A model generated the notes under the pieces. The model was not told the DNA's origin. It saw only the letters and a program-made list of their open reading frames with translations, and did not search any database. This document shows, piece after piece, positions 10,226-21,914 of a stretch of DNA of 64,000 nucleotides. Position 1 is the first letter of the stretch, and each line of letters starts with the position of its first letter. Made by a program: the position numbers and the translations under genes. The stretch lies in assembly GCA_965200965.1 (NCBI GenBank), contig OZ241744.1, positions 1,472,001 to 1,536,000 on the forward strand. The letters run 5' to 3'. Origin of the DNA: an uncultured Candidatus Binatia bacterium. Lineage in GTDB: Bacteria; Desulfobacterota; Binatia; Bin18.

Positions 10226-11121
10226 TAGACTTTCCAGAACTTCAAGCGTTGGTGAACCGCATGGGCGCGAGTCTTTCGTCTTGGCGGCTCCCACCCTATG
10301 AAACAACGCGGCAAAGAAAAGAAAGGGAGGAAAGGGAGAAACTGAGGCGAGAGCTTCGGCGCGGCATAGAGGTAAAGAATCTTGACGAAGTTAAACCGTA
10401 CGACGATCTGCTTACACATAAGGGCGAACAGATCGTCATCTACATCAAAGATACCAGGCAGGATAAATATACACTTTTGGGCGATCCAAAAAACGCCAGG
10501 AGGTTTCATGTCGCCGAATGTGAAACCATAAGGGATATGCGCACAGGAGGGCGCTTTAATCGGTATGTCATGACGGACAGACAGGACGGAAAATTTCTTG
10601 TGGAAGCCAGGGCTTCAAATGGGGCGGTAGTGCCATTTGAAGCCCCTCTATACGTCTGCAAGAACTGCCTTGGACAATTGAACTGGAAAGGATATGCGTC
10701 TTCGAGAAGCGACAAATTATGGAAAGAATTCTCGCTTCAGGACTTTTTTGCGGAATTTACGACCTTCTTTTCTGTAAGACCCCTGCATACGGCCCTGACA
10801 GCACTCCCGGCAGGTTATGCCAAAAATTGGCCCCGCCTGTCAACCAAGCTCAGGCATCAACGGGGTTGGCGTTGCGATGAGTGTGTCGTGAACCTTTCCG
10901 CCCATCGCCGTCTGCTTCACTGTCACCACAAGAACGGCGTTACCCGGGATAATAGACCGGAGAATATCGCCGTTCTCTGTCTCCTGTGCCACTCGAAACA
11001 GCCGTATCACGGACATGTTTCAACCGGTGCGGCAGAGCGTCAGATCATTGAATCGCTACGCAATGAACAGCGCTCTCAACCCCAAAACCGACAACCAACT
11101 AGGGGATATGAAAAGTGGTGA
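10222..11121 (+). CDS. zorE: Zorya type II effector ZorE (HNH endonuclease)
   Basis: FHVAEC...GRFNRYV, VCKNCL, WRCDEC, HCHHKNGVTRDNRPENIAVLCLLCH; ATGA overlap with zorB. Confidence 0.8.
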   Translation: MIDFPELQALVNRMGASLSSWRLPPYETTRQRKEREEREKLRRELRRGIEVKNLDEVKPYDDLLTHKGEQIVIYIKDTRQDKYTLLGDPKNARRFHVAECETIRDMRTGGRFNRYVMTDRQDGKFLVEARASNGAVVPFEAPLYVCKNCLGQLNWKGYASSRSDKLWKEFSLQDFFAEFTTFFSVRPLHTALTALPAGYAKNWPRLSTKLRHQRGWRCDECVVNLSAHRRLLHCHHKNGVTRDNRPENIAVLCLLCHSKQPYHGHVSTGAAERQIIESLRNEQRSQPQNRQPTRGYEKW

Positions 11122-12112
11122 CATATTCGTTCTCAAAACCCTTGAGTTCCAGGCGGCGGTCCAGGGGCTGAAACCGCGCGGCCAGAGCCGGGGTTTCGTG
11201 GCTGAGGCGGTCTAGGGCAGCTTCGGTGGCGATGATCCCGCCGGGCGGGATGTGCTTGAGCAGCCGTGAAGCCAGATTGATGCTCGGGCCGATCAGGGTG
11301 ACCGAGCGACGCATGGCCACGCCGACCACGCCAATGATGATGTCGCCGAGGTTGAGACTGATGCGGGCCTGGAGGGCCATGTGCTCGGGCCGAGTGTCTG
11401 ACAGGGCTTTGCGGACGTCCAGGGCGGCCTGCACGGCTTCCGTCACCGATTCAAAATACAGCAGCGCACCGTCGCCCTCATAGTCTTTGACATCACCGCA
11501 GTTTTCCAGGGCGATTTCGGTCACAAGGGCCATAAAACCTTGGACTAAATCCAGGGCGCGTTCCGGAGGCTGGTTGACCAGCGTGGAGGTGGAGTTGGCA
11601 ATGTCAACAAAGACAACGGTGAGTTCCTTTCTGATTGGCGTGTTGCCCTGCGACAGATGGCTCCGCGCCAAACCGGGCAAAAACGTATGGGCATGGCTCG
11701 GCGTCTGGACCGCGGACGACGGCTCTGAAACGCCGTGAGGGGCGGGGGTCTGCTCCTGATTCAGGGCGACGGTCGGATACCCGGCCTCTCGCCAAGCGCT
11801 CAGGCCGCCGGCCAGAACCGCAACCGACTGAAAGCCTTCGGCTTGTAACCACAGCGCCGCCCGGGCGCTGCTCGCATCCCCGGGTCAGGTTCAATACAGC
11901 GCAATCAGGGCCTCCCGGGGCAAGCTGTGCGCCCGTTGGACGATCCCGGCTATGGGCAGCCAGCGCGCGTTCGGCAATTGGACGGGCAGGAACAGGCGGG
12001 CATCGGTGGTCCGCACGTCAATCGGAATAACCGCCTCGCCGCCGGCCATACGGGCGTGCAACGCCTGGGGGTTGATCCGCCGGACATCTTGGGCGCTGGT
12101 GTGTGTTGGCAT
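11099..12112 (-). CDS. rhodanese-domain / class III adenylate cyclase fusion, putative selenoprotein with two in-frame UGA (U74, U76)
   Basis: ORF 11891..12112 continues in frame through TGA-ACC-TGA into PGDASSARAALWLQAEGFQSVAVLAGGLSAWREAGYP (rhodanese C-half), then without further stop into ORF 11099..11680 (FVDIANST, KDYEGDG, TLIGPSINLASRL). Confidence 0.8.
11860..11884 (-). promoter_or_regulatory. candidate bacterial SECIS-like hairpin immediately 3' of the second UGA
   Basis: CCCGGG-GAUGCGAGCAGCG-CCCGGG: 6-bp GC stem with a possible inner UG/CA stem and CGAG loop; folded by eye only. Confidence 0.4.
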
Positions 12113-12171
12113 TGCGCATTCCTCCCTGTCAGCCCAGTCTGTTGTTTTGCCGGGGCGGTGACAAGCCCGGT

Positions 12172-13155
12172 TTACTGAGCAAATGCGTCAACCAGGGTCC
12201 GCAGTTCGTCCGGGGTGAGACGGCTGCTTGGCAGAGCGGCAACCACGGCCAGGCTCAGCCCGGCCTGGGTGAAAGCCCTAAGCTGGGTGTGACACTCCTC
12301 GGCCGTGCCAAAGATGTACAGGTCTTCGACCATCGTGTCGGGGATGGCGGCTTGGGCTTGGGCCCGGTCGCCGGCCTTCCAACAGGCATGAACTTGGTCC
12401 ACAATCTCGCCATAGCCAAAGCGCCGGAACCCCTGAATATAGGTGTTGGCCTGACAGTAGCCGGCCAGGATACGCCGCATCTGCTCAAGCGTCCGCTCCC
12501 GGTCGTCGGTCACCATGGTATGGATGTAACAGCCGACATCAATATCTTCCAAGCGCCGGCCGGCGCGCCTGGCCCCCGTGGCGATCTCGGCCAGCGAGTA
12601 CGGGACCTGCCGGGCCGGCAGCCAGGCGAGTTGCACGCCGTCAGCAATCTCGCCGGCCAGTTGCAGCATCTTGGGGTTCACCGCGGCCAGATAAATGGGC
12701 AGCTGGTGTGGGGCCGGGACGCTGAGTTGAAACCCGTGGGGCCGATAAAATCGTCCCTCATGGCTGACCCGCTCGCCGGCCAGCAGCCGGCGCAGCAGGG
12801 CGACGTACTCGCGCGTGCGGGTCAGCGGAAAGTCCCAGGCCAGGCCGTGGAAGGTGTTGATGTTGCGGGTGCTGACCCCCAGGCCGAGCCGGGCCCGGCC
12901 CGGCGCAATCAGGTTGAGGGTGGCGGCCTGCATCGCGGTCAGGGTCGGTGGGCGCAGGTAGAGGGAGACAATGCCGGTGCCAACATGAATGCGCTGGCTG
13001 CGGGCCAGCAGCGCACCGACCATTGTGCAGGTTTCGGTGCCCCAGGCTTCGCCGACCCACACACTGTCAAAATTGGCCGATTCGGCCCGCTGGACAATCT
13101 CTGTGCAGAGGTCCATCGCCATACCCAGCGGCGGCAGTCCAAGTCCGATGCGCAT
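12172..13155 (-). CDS. LLM class flavin/F420-dependent oxidoreductase
   Basis: VWVGEAWGTE, VGTGIVSLYLRPP, QLAGEIADGV; start ATG 13155 (MRIGLGL). Confidence 0.9.
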   Translation of the reverse strand: MRIGLGLPPLGMAMDLCTEIVQRAESANFDSVWVGEAWGTETCTMVGALLARSQRIHVGTGIVSLYLRPPTLTAMQAATLNLIAPGRARLGLGVSTRNINTFHGLAWDFPLTRTREYVALLRRLLAGERVSHEGRFYRPHGFQLSVPAPHQLPIYLAAVNPKMLQLAGEIADGVQLAWLPARQVPYSLAEIATGARRAGRRLEDIDVGCYIHTMVTDDRERTLEQMRRILAGYCQANTYIQGFRRFGYGEIVDQVHACWKAGDRAQAQAAIPDTMVEDLYIFGTAEECHTQLRAFTQAGLSLAVVAALPSSRLTPDELRTLVDAFAQ

Positions 13156-13168
13156 TGTGTCTGTCCTT

Positions 13169-15118
13169 TCAGCCGGCTTCGCCGTCCAACTCCTCGGCCA
13201 GCTCGGTCCAGCTTGCATAGTGTTGTTCCAGTTCCGCCTTGAGCGTTTCGTACTCGGCCGCGGTCTGCCTAGCCCGCTGAGACGTGCTGTATACGCTGCC
13301 GTCCGCCATCAGCGTCTCAATCTCTCGCCGCCGTTCCTCCAGTCCGGCGATACGCCGTTCGGCTTCTGCCAGGCGACGCTCCCGCTTGGAGCGTTCGGCC
13401 CGGTCGGCCTTCTGCCGCGCATACCGCGCCTTGCCCCGCTTTGCCTGCCGGATAGCGCTCACGAGCTCCTGTGCGCCGCTCTGGTCAGTCTTTGTCCCGT
13501 GCCCTTCCCCGTCCACATCGCGTTCTTTCCGCGCCAGAAACGCGGCAAACGACCCTGGGTACATGACCAGCCGACCGTCCTGCATTTCTATCACCTTGGT
13601 CACCAGACCGTCCAGAAAGTCACGGTCGTGTGAGACCACCACGAAGGTGCCGGTGAACTGCTGGAGAGCCTGTTTCAGCACGTCCTTGGTCCGCAGGTCC
13701 AGATGGTTGGTGGGTTCGTCCAGGATCAGAAAGTTTGAGGCCTGGAGCAGCATTTTGGCCAGGGCCAGCCGGCTTTTTTCGCCTCCACTCAGCACTGCCA
13801 CCCGTTTGTCAACCGCCTCGCCAGAAAACAAAAACGTCCCCAGCAAGGTTCGCAGTTGGGGGACGATGTCGAACGCCGCCCCGCTCGCAATCTCTTGATA
13901 CACCGTCCGCTCGGTGTTGAGCTTATCGGCCTGCTGCTGGGCGTAGAAATCGAGTGCCACCTGATGCCCCAGTGCGCGCTGTCCGTGGCTCGGCGCTTCT
14001 ACCCCGGCCAGCAGACGGCTCAGGGTGGATTTGCCGGCCCCGTTCGGGCCGAGGAGCGCAATCCGGTCGCCGCGCTCAATAGTCAGATCAAGCCTGGTGA
14101 AGACCTGGACCTGCTCGTAGTGTTTAGCCACCCCTTTCAGCTCCAGCACGACCCGGCCGCTGCGGGGGGCGCGTGGGAAGTGAAAGCGGACGCCGCTCGG
14201 AACGGTGTGAGGGGCCGGCAGACGCTCCATTTTCTCTAACTGTTTGATACGACTCTGGACCTGAGCGGCTTTGCGCGCGTTATAGCGGAAGGTATTGATA
14301 AAACGAGTGATGCGTTCGATCTCGGCCTGCTGTTCCTCGTAGGCTTTGCGGTCGGCTTCCAGCGTCTGGGCGAACTGGCGCTCAAAGGCCGAGTAATTGC
14401 CCACATAGTCGCTCAGGCCGTGGCGGTGGATGGTGGCGATGCGGGTGACGGTCCGGTCAAGAAACCTCCGGTCGTGGGAGACGATGATGACACTGCCGGC
14501 ATAGGCGCGCAGATAGCCTTCGAGCCACAGCACGGAGGCGAGGTCGAGATGGTTGGTCGGCTCGTCCAAAAGCAGAATATCCGGGCCTTGGAGCAGCAGC
14601 TTGGCCAGCGCGATACGCATCTGCCAGCCGCCGCTGAAGACTTCGGTTGCCCAGCCAAACTGTTCCTGGCGAAAACCCAGACCGTTTAGCACCTTGGCCA
14701 CCTCGGCATCGGCCCGAAAGCCGTCCAGTTCCTCAAAGCGGTGCTGGAGCTGGCCGTAGCGGGCCAACTCGTCGGTTGTCTGGGTGTGGTGCCCGGTCTC
14801 AAGGACAGCATGCAGGCGGGCCAACTCGCGCCGAATAGCGCTCAGCTCGGGCAGGCCGGACCGGGCTTCCTCAAACAGACTGTGCCCGACAATCGGCACG
14901 CCTTCCTGGGGCAGATAGCCGAGGCTGGTCTCCCGGCCGCGCCGGATGTGTCCGCGGTCCGGTTCGATCTGACCCATAATCAGTCGAAAGAGGGTTGTTT
15001 TGCCCGCGCCGTTGGGGCCGACAAGACCGACCCGGTCACCCCGGCGCAGTTGCCAGTTGAGCCGACGGAAGAGTGCCTGCCGGCCAAATGCCAGAGAGAG
15101 GTCGGTAATCTGCAGCAT
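13169..15118 (-). CDS. ABC-F family ATP-binding protein (YheS/Uup-like)
   Basis: Two GPNGAGK Walker A motifs, FSGGWQMR and LSGGEKSR signatures, LDEPTNHLD twice, C-terminal coiled coil, no TM. Confidence 0.93.
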   Translation of the reverse strand: MLQITDLSLAFGRQALFRRLNWQLRRGDRVGLVGPNGAGKTTLFRLIMGQIEPDRGHIRRGRETSLGYLPQEGVPIVGHSLFEEARSGLPELSAIRRELARLHAVLETGHHTQTTDELARYGQLQHRFEELDGFRADAEVAKVLNGLGFRQEQFGWATEVFSGGWQMRIALAKLLLQGPDILLLDEPTNHLDLASVLWLEGYLRAYAGSVIIVSHDRRFLDRTVTRIATIHRHGLSDYVGNYSAFERQFAQTLEADRKAYEEQQAEIERITRFINTFRYNARKAAQVQSRIKQLEKMERLPAPHTVPSGVRFHFPRAPRSGRVVLELKGVAKHYEQVQVFTRLDLTIERGDRIALLGPNGAGKSTLSRLLAGVEAPSHGQRALGHQVALDFYAQQQADKLNTERTVYQEIASGAAFDIVPQLRTLLGTFLFSGEAVDKRVAVLSGGEKSRLALAKMLLQASNFLILDEPTNHLDLRTKDVLKQALQQFTGTFVVVSHDRDFLDGLVTKVIEMQDGRLVMYPGSFAAFLARKERDVDGEGHGTKTDQSGAQELVSAIRQAKRGKARYARQKADRAERSKRERRLAEAERRIAGLEERRREIETLMADGSVYSTSQRARQTAAEYETLKAELEQHYASWTELAEELDGEAG

Positions 15119-15180
15119 CGCGCCCCACGCCTGCCCGGAGCAGTGTAGCGGAGGGACAACGCCCAGGCCAGCCGGCGAGC

Positions 15181-17754
<2,574 letters not shown>

Positions 17755-17769
17755 GGTGGTCATCATCAT

Positions 17770-17950
17770 TCACCTTGGGCGGCGTAAACCTTCGGTCCGA
17801 CACCGCTCATGGACCTCGGTCCGAGTCGTTTGCATCCTGGCGGGCCTACCCGCGGCGTGGACGTTGAACATAGCTGCCCCCAGGCGGGCGGCTGCGATCC
17901 CGGGGTTTGCTGCCGTGCGGGGAATATCGTGGAACTTGAGATGCTGGGCA
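17770..17950 (-). pseudogene. pyrF: internal fragment of orotidine-5'-phosphate decarboxylase
   Basis: HLKFHDIPRTAANPGIAAARLGAAMFNVHAAG matches the PyrF DLKFHDIPNT...NVHA.GG signature; first Asp lost; no N- or C-terminus. Confidence 0.7.
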
Positions 17951-18012
17951 ACCCGGGGATTATTCGCGTTCCAGCACGCTCGACGCCACCGTGCTGTGGG
18001 CAAAGCCCCCCG

Positions 18013-18172
18013 CTCAGCAATTTCTTCCGGTGACGCGCCGGCTTTTTCGACCCGTTTGGTGTGTACATCAATGCAGTACGGACACTGGGTCACATGGGCG
18101 GTTGCCCCGGCGAGCAACTCTTTTGTTTTGACACTCAGCGCGCCGTCTTCACACCACCTTGGTAGCGAACAT
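18013..18172 (-). pseudogene. AhpD/CMD-like alkylhydroperoxidase fragment
   Basis: EDGALSVKTKELLAGATAHVTQCPYCIDVHTKRVEKAGASPEEIAE (CxxCxxxH); upstream ATG is out of frame and the C-terminus is missing. Confidence 0.7.
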
Positions 18173-18275
18173 GGCTGTCCCTCCTGTGTGGGTCTGAGGG
18201 TATCTGAGCAAAGTCAAAAGTCAAAGGGCAAAGGTGCAGACAGGGCCGGGCCGCACATGCCGTGGTGGCGGACGC

Positions 18276-18809
18276 TCAACTCCACGGCTGGCGTATCTCG
18301 CAGCCGCTGAGGGACTTCTGGATCTGATTGATGCCACCCTTGCTGACCAGGGTACTGCGCAGATTCAGGACGCGGAGACCGCTCAAGCCCTGCAGGAGGG
18401 GCAGACCGGCGTCGCTGATGCGGGTGTCGTAGAGCCATAACACGCGCAGTCCGGTCAGATGCTTAATGTGTTCAAGCCCGGCGTTTGCCACACGAGTGCC
18501 GGAGAGCTGGAGGTATTGGAGCCCGTTGGACGATACGGCGGCCAGAGGAGATAAATCGGTGGATGCCTGGGGGGTAACGTTGAGACGCAGTTCCTTTCCG
18601 GCCGAGATCTCAATCGGCCCCTGGGCCCGCCCGGACTTCTCCCAAAAGGAGTACAGCTCGGGCTCAAAGCCCTTACGGACGAACAGTTCCCCCATCGAAC
18701 GATCGGGCGGAAAGACAACGGTCCGGGCCGGCAGCGGTGCGCTGCGCTCTGACTCATCACGCATGAACGGCAGCAGCGGGTCATCGAGACGTTTGAGTTT
18801 TCTCTTCAT
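18276..18809 (-). CDS. small leucine-rich-repeat protein
   Basis: LQYLQLSGTRVANAGLEHI / LRVLWLYDTRISDAGL / LRVLNLRSTLVS LRR units. Confidence 0.75.
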   Translation of the reverse strand: MKRKLKRLDDPLLPFMRDESERSAPLPARTVVFPPDRSMGELFVRKGFEPELYSFWEKSGRAQGPIEISAGKELRLNVTPQASTDLSPLAAVSSNGLQYLQLSGTRVANAGLEHIKHLTGLRVLWLYDTRISDAGLPLLQGLSGLRVLNLRSTLVSKGGINQIQKSLSGCEIRQPWS

Positions 18810-18878
18810 CAGTGTTGTCAAAGGGACGGGACGGCACACCGACTTTTCACGCGCCGGCGACACCGGCCCTGTACGCGC

Positions 18879-20507
18879 TTAAATCGCCCGATAGGCGGCA
18901 AACGACTGCGTTGACGAGCGGGCTTTTGGATCAACAACGATGTTGACCACGGCCGGTTTGCCCGAGGCGGCCGCCCGCTCTAGGGCGGGCCGGATATCCT
19001 GGGGTTTTTCGACAAACTCGCCGTGCGCGCCAAACACCTTGGCCATCTCATCATAGCGGCTGAATCCCAGGTCACGCCCGGCGTTCATCACCCCTTGACC
19101 GGCCCAGCCGCCATTGTTGCTGATCACAATCAGGGCCGGGATGTCGTGCCGCACCATCGTGTCGATCTCCATCCCGTTCATGCCAAACGAACCGTCGCCG
19201 CTGAGCACGATGACCTGGGTGCCCGGCTTGGCCACCTTGGCCCCTAGACCAAAGGCGGCGGCCACCCCCATACAGCCGTTTGGACCGGCGTTGACCCGGT
19301 GGCCGGGCGTGTGGGTAGGCACCGACTGGCGGGCAAAATTCAAAATCTCGTGCCCGTCAACGACCACAATAGCGTCCCGGTCCATGAACTCTCTGACCTC
19401 TTTACACAGCCGCAGGGGATGCATGGGCAAGGCGTCCGAGTTCATGATCTCCTCGGATTTTGCCTGCGACCGCTGGTCATAGCCGCGCAGCGCCTGAGTC
19501 CAGTCGGCCGGCACCTGGATATTGTCAGCCCCAGCGTTGATAAGCTGACGCAAGACCGTTTTGGCATCACCCACAATGCCGAGGTCGACCGGGCGGTTGC
19601 GGCCGATCTCTTCGTCGGCAATATCAATCTGGATGAATTTGACAGCTTCGGCAAAACGCGGCGGCCGGCCGAACCCGATAATAAAGTTAAAGCGCGTACC
19701 AACTACGAGCACGACATCGGCTTCCTTCCAGGCGCGGTTCCGGGCACCGGGAAAACTCAGGGCGTGATCTTCTTCAATCACTCCCCGACCTTGGGGGGTG
19801 GTGAAAAACGGAATGCCGCTGGCCTCGACAAACTCTCTGAGTTCGGCCATGGCTTCCGACCAGAACACCCCGGTCCCGGTCAGGACCAGCGGCCGCTGGG
19901 CGTCTTTGAGCAGGCGAATAGCCTGGCTGACCTGATCCGGGTCAGCCGCAATACGGGGAATCTCATGCGGCCGCTTGATAAACGGGGCTTCCTGATCGTC
20001 AACCTCGCGGTACAGCACGTCGCCCGGCAGGTCGAGATATACCGGCCCCGGCTGGCCGCTCGTCGCCACCCGAAAAGCCTTGTTGACCAGCTCGGGAATA
20101 CGCCGGGCGTCTTTCACTCGCTCGGCCCACTTGGTGATCGGCTTAAACATGCCGACCTGATCCATCTCCTGGAAGGCCCCCATCCCGTCCTGTAAAATCG
20201 CGCTCGCTCCACCGAGGGCAACGACCGGAACGGCGTCCAGGTAGGCATTCCCGACCCCGGTAATCAGGTTGGTCACGCCTGGCCCCGAGGCGGCAAAACA
20301 CACGCCCGGCTTGCCGGTCACCCGGCTGTAGGCGTGAGCGGCCATTGCCGCCGCCTGCTCATGGCGCACATCCACCGATCGAAAGCCGATCTCGATGCAT
20401 TTGGTCGCCACGTCAACCATCGGCCCGCCGGTCAGATAGAAAACCGTCTCAACCCCTTCGTCTTTCAGTGATCGGACCACAAGAGAATTGCCGTCAACCT
20501 TGGCCAT
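18879..20507 (-). CDS. thiamine diphosphate-dependent enzyme (2-hydroxyacyl-CoA lyase / oxalyl-CoA decarboxylase-like)
   Basis: RHEQAAAMAAHAY, SGPGVTN, GPNGCMGV, GDGSFG...NN ThDP motif. Confidence 0.88.
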   Translation of the reverse strand: MAKVDGNSLVVRSLKDEGVETVFYLTGGPMVDVATKCIEIGFRSVDVRHEQAAAMAAHAYSRVTGKPGVCFAASGPGVTNLITGVGNAYLDAVPVVALGGASAILQDGMGAFQEMDQVGMFKPITKWAERVKDARRIPELVNKAFRVATSGQPGPVYLDLPGDVLYREVDDQEAPFIKRPHEIPRIAADPDQVSQAIRLLKDAQRPLVLTGTGVFWSEAMAELREFVEASGIPFFTTPQGRGVIEEDHALSFPGARNRAWKEADVVLVVGTRFNFIIGFGRPPRFAEAVKFIQIDIADEEIGRNRPVDLGIVGDAKTVLRQLINAGADNIQVPADWTQALRGYDQRSQAKSEEIMNSDALPMHPLRLCKEVREFMDRDAIVVVDGHEILNFARQSVPTHTPGHRVNAGPNGCMGVAAAFGLGAKVAKPGTQVIVLSGDGSFGMNGMEIDTMVRHDIPALIVISNNGGWAGQGVMNAGRDLGFSRYDEMAKVFGAHGEFVEKPQDIRPALERAAASGKPAVVNIVVDPKARSSTQSFAAYRAI

Positions 20508-20586
20508 ATCGTTTCCCTCCTCTCGGTTCGGTCGGACGCATATTTGTCACACTTGCCTCCAAAATACCAGCCGTAGCTTCAGGCTT

Positions 20587-21726
20587 TCACAGATTCAACT
20601 CTTGGGCCACCACTTCGCGATGCACCGGCGCACTGCCAAAAGCCGCCTCAGAGGCCAGCCCGCGGCGATAAAACAGGTGCATATCGTGCTCCCAGGTAAA
20701 ACCGATGCCGCCGTGTACCTGAATGGCCTCGCTCGTCACGGTTTTGCACATGTCACTGCAATACGCCTTGGCCATAGGGACCGCCTGGCGGGCTTCGGGC
20801 ACATTCTCATCAACCGTCCAAGCCGCGTAGTAGGTCAGCGAACGGGCGTTCTCGACCTGGACCATCATATCCACACATTTATGCTTGACGGCCTGGAAAC
20901 TGCCGATCGGCTTGCCAAACTGCACCCGCTCTTTGGCGTAGGCTACCGCCATATCGAGCGCCTGCTGACCGGTACCGACCATCTCGGCACACAAACCGGC
21001 CAGCGCTTGATCGAGCGTGCGCTGAACAATCGGCCAGCCCGCGCCCACCTTCCCCAAGACCTGGTCGCCAGACACAGCCACATCCTGGAACGCCACATGG
21101 CACTGACGGCGGGTCATATCAACCGTCTTGAGCTGGGTAATCGTCACTCCGGGGGCTTTGGCGTCAACCACAAACACACTGATGCCGTCCGCGGTCGCAC
21201 TGCCCTGTCCGGTCCGGGCTACCACAACAAGCTGATCTGCCACATGGGCGTCGGGCACAAAGAGTTTCTCTCCCGATAACAAAAAATCCCCACCTTTGGG
21301 CGTTGCCGCCAAGGACACCCCACCCGCGTCATAGCGACCGCTCTTTTCGGCCAGGGCCAGGCTCAGGGTGCTCTCACCGGCCGCCACCCCGGGCAGCATG
21401 GCACGCTTCTGCGCGTCCGAGCCTCCGGCAATAATGGCCGGCGTTCCCAACAGCGCGGTGGCAAAGAACGGCCCAGGCAAGAGCGCACGCCCCATCTCCT
21501 CCAGGATCACCACCATATCCAGAAAGCTGCCCCCCACCCCGCCGTGAGCCTCGGCAATCAGAATAGCCGGCCAGCCCTGCTCGGCCACCTTTTTCCACAT
21601 CTCGGTGGCGTGGGCACTGTCGTCCTCCATCATCTTACGGACAAAACTTGTCGGACACTCGTTATCGAGAAACCGGCGGGTTACGTCGCGCAGCATCTCC
21701 TGTTCTTCACTGAAACCGAAATTCAT
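20587..21726 (-). CDS. acyl-CoA dehydrogenase family protein
   Basis: MNFGFSEEQEMLR, RVQFGKPIGSFQAVKH, IQVHGGIGFTWEHD; start ATG 21726. Confidence 0.93.
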   Translation of the reverse strand: MNFGFSEEQEMLRDVTRRFLDNECPTSFVRKMMEDDSAHATEMWKKVAEQGWPAILIAEAHGGVGGSFLDMVVILEEMGRALLPGPFFATALLGTPAIIAGGSDAQKRAMLPGVAAGESTLSLALAEKSGRYDAGGVSLAATPKGGDFLLSGEKLFVPDAHVADQLVVVARTGQGSATADGISVFVVDAKAPGVTITQLKTVDMTRRQCHVAFQDVAVSGDQVLGKVGAGWPIVQRTLDQALAGLCAEMVGTGQQALDMAVAYAKERVQFGKPIGSFQAVKHKCVDMMVQVENARSLTYYAAWTVDENVPEARQAVPMAKAYCSDMCKTVTSEAIQVHGGIGFTWEHDMHLFYRRGLASEAAFGSAPVHREVVAQELNL

Positions 21727-21914
21727 AGCTCCTCCTGATGCGGAAAAACGGCCCCCGCCGGCCAAGCTCACACCCCAAGCCGCCCCAGCAGTCCCGGGTG
21801 GCGGCTCACTCGCTGTCGGATATGTCCGTACTGTCAGCCGGCACGAGGGTGATGGTGGGGATGTGGGACGGCGCGACAATCGCCGAACTGGAGATTCGGA
21901 ATGTCTGCGAGAGC

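Noticed and set aside
11885-11893. Genome-wide UGA reassignment as explanation for the in-frame TGA codons
   Set aside because: Many genes here end in TGA at expected lengths (zorA, zorB, actE, pqqE, shc) and Trp is encoded by TGG.
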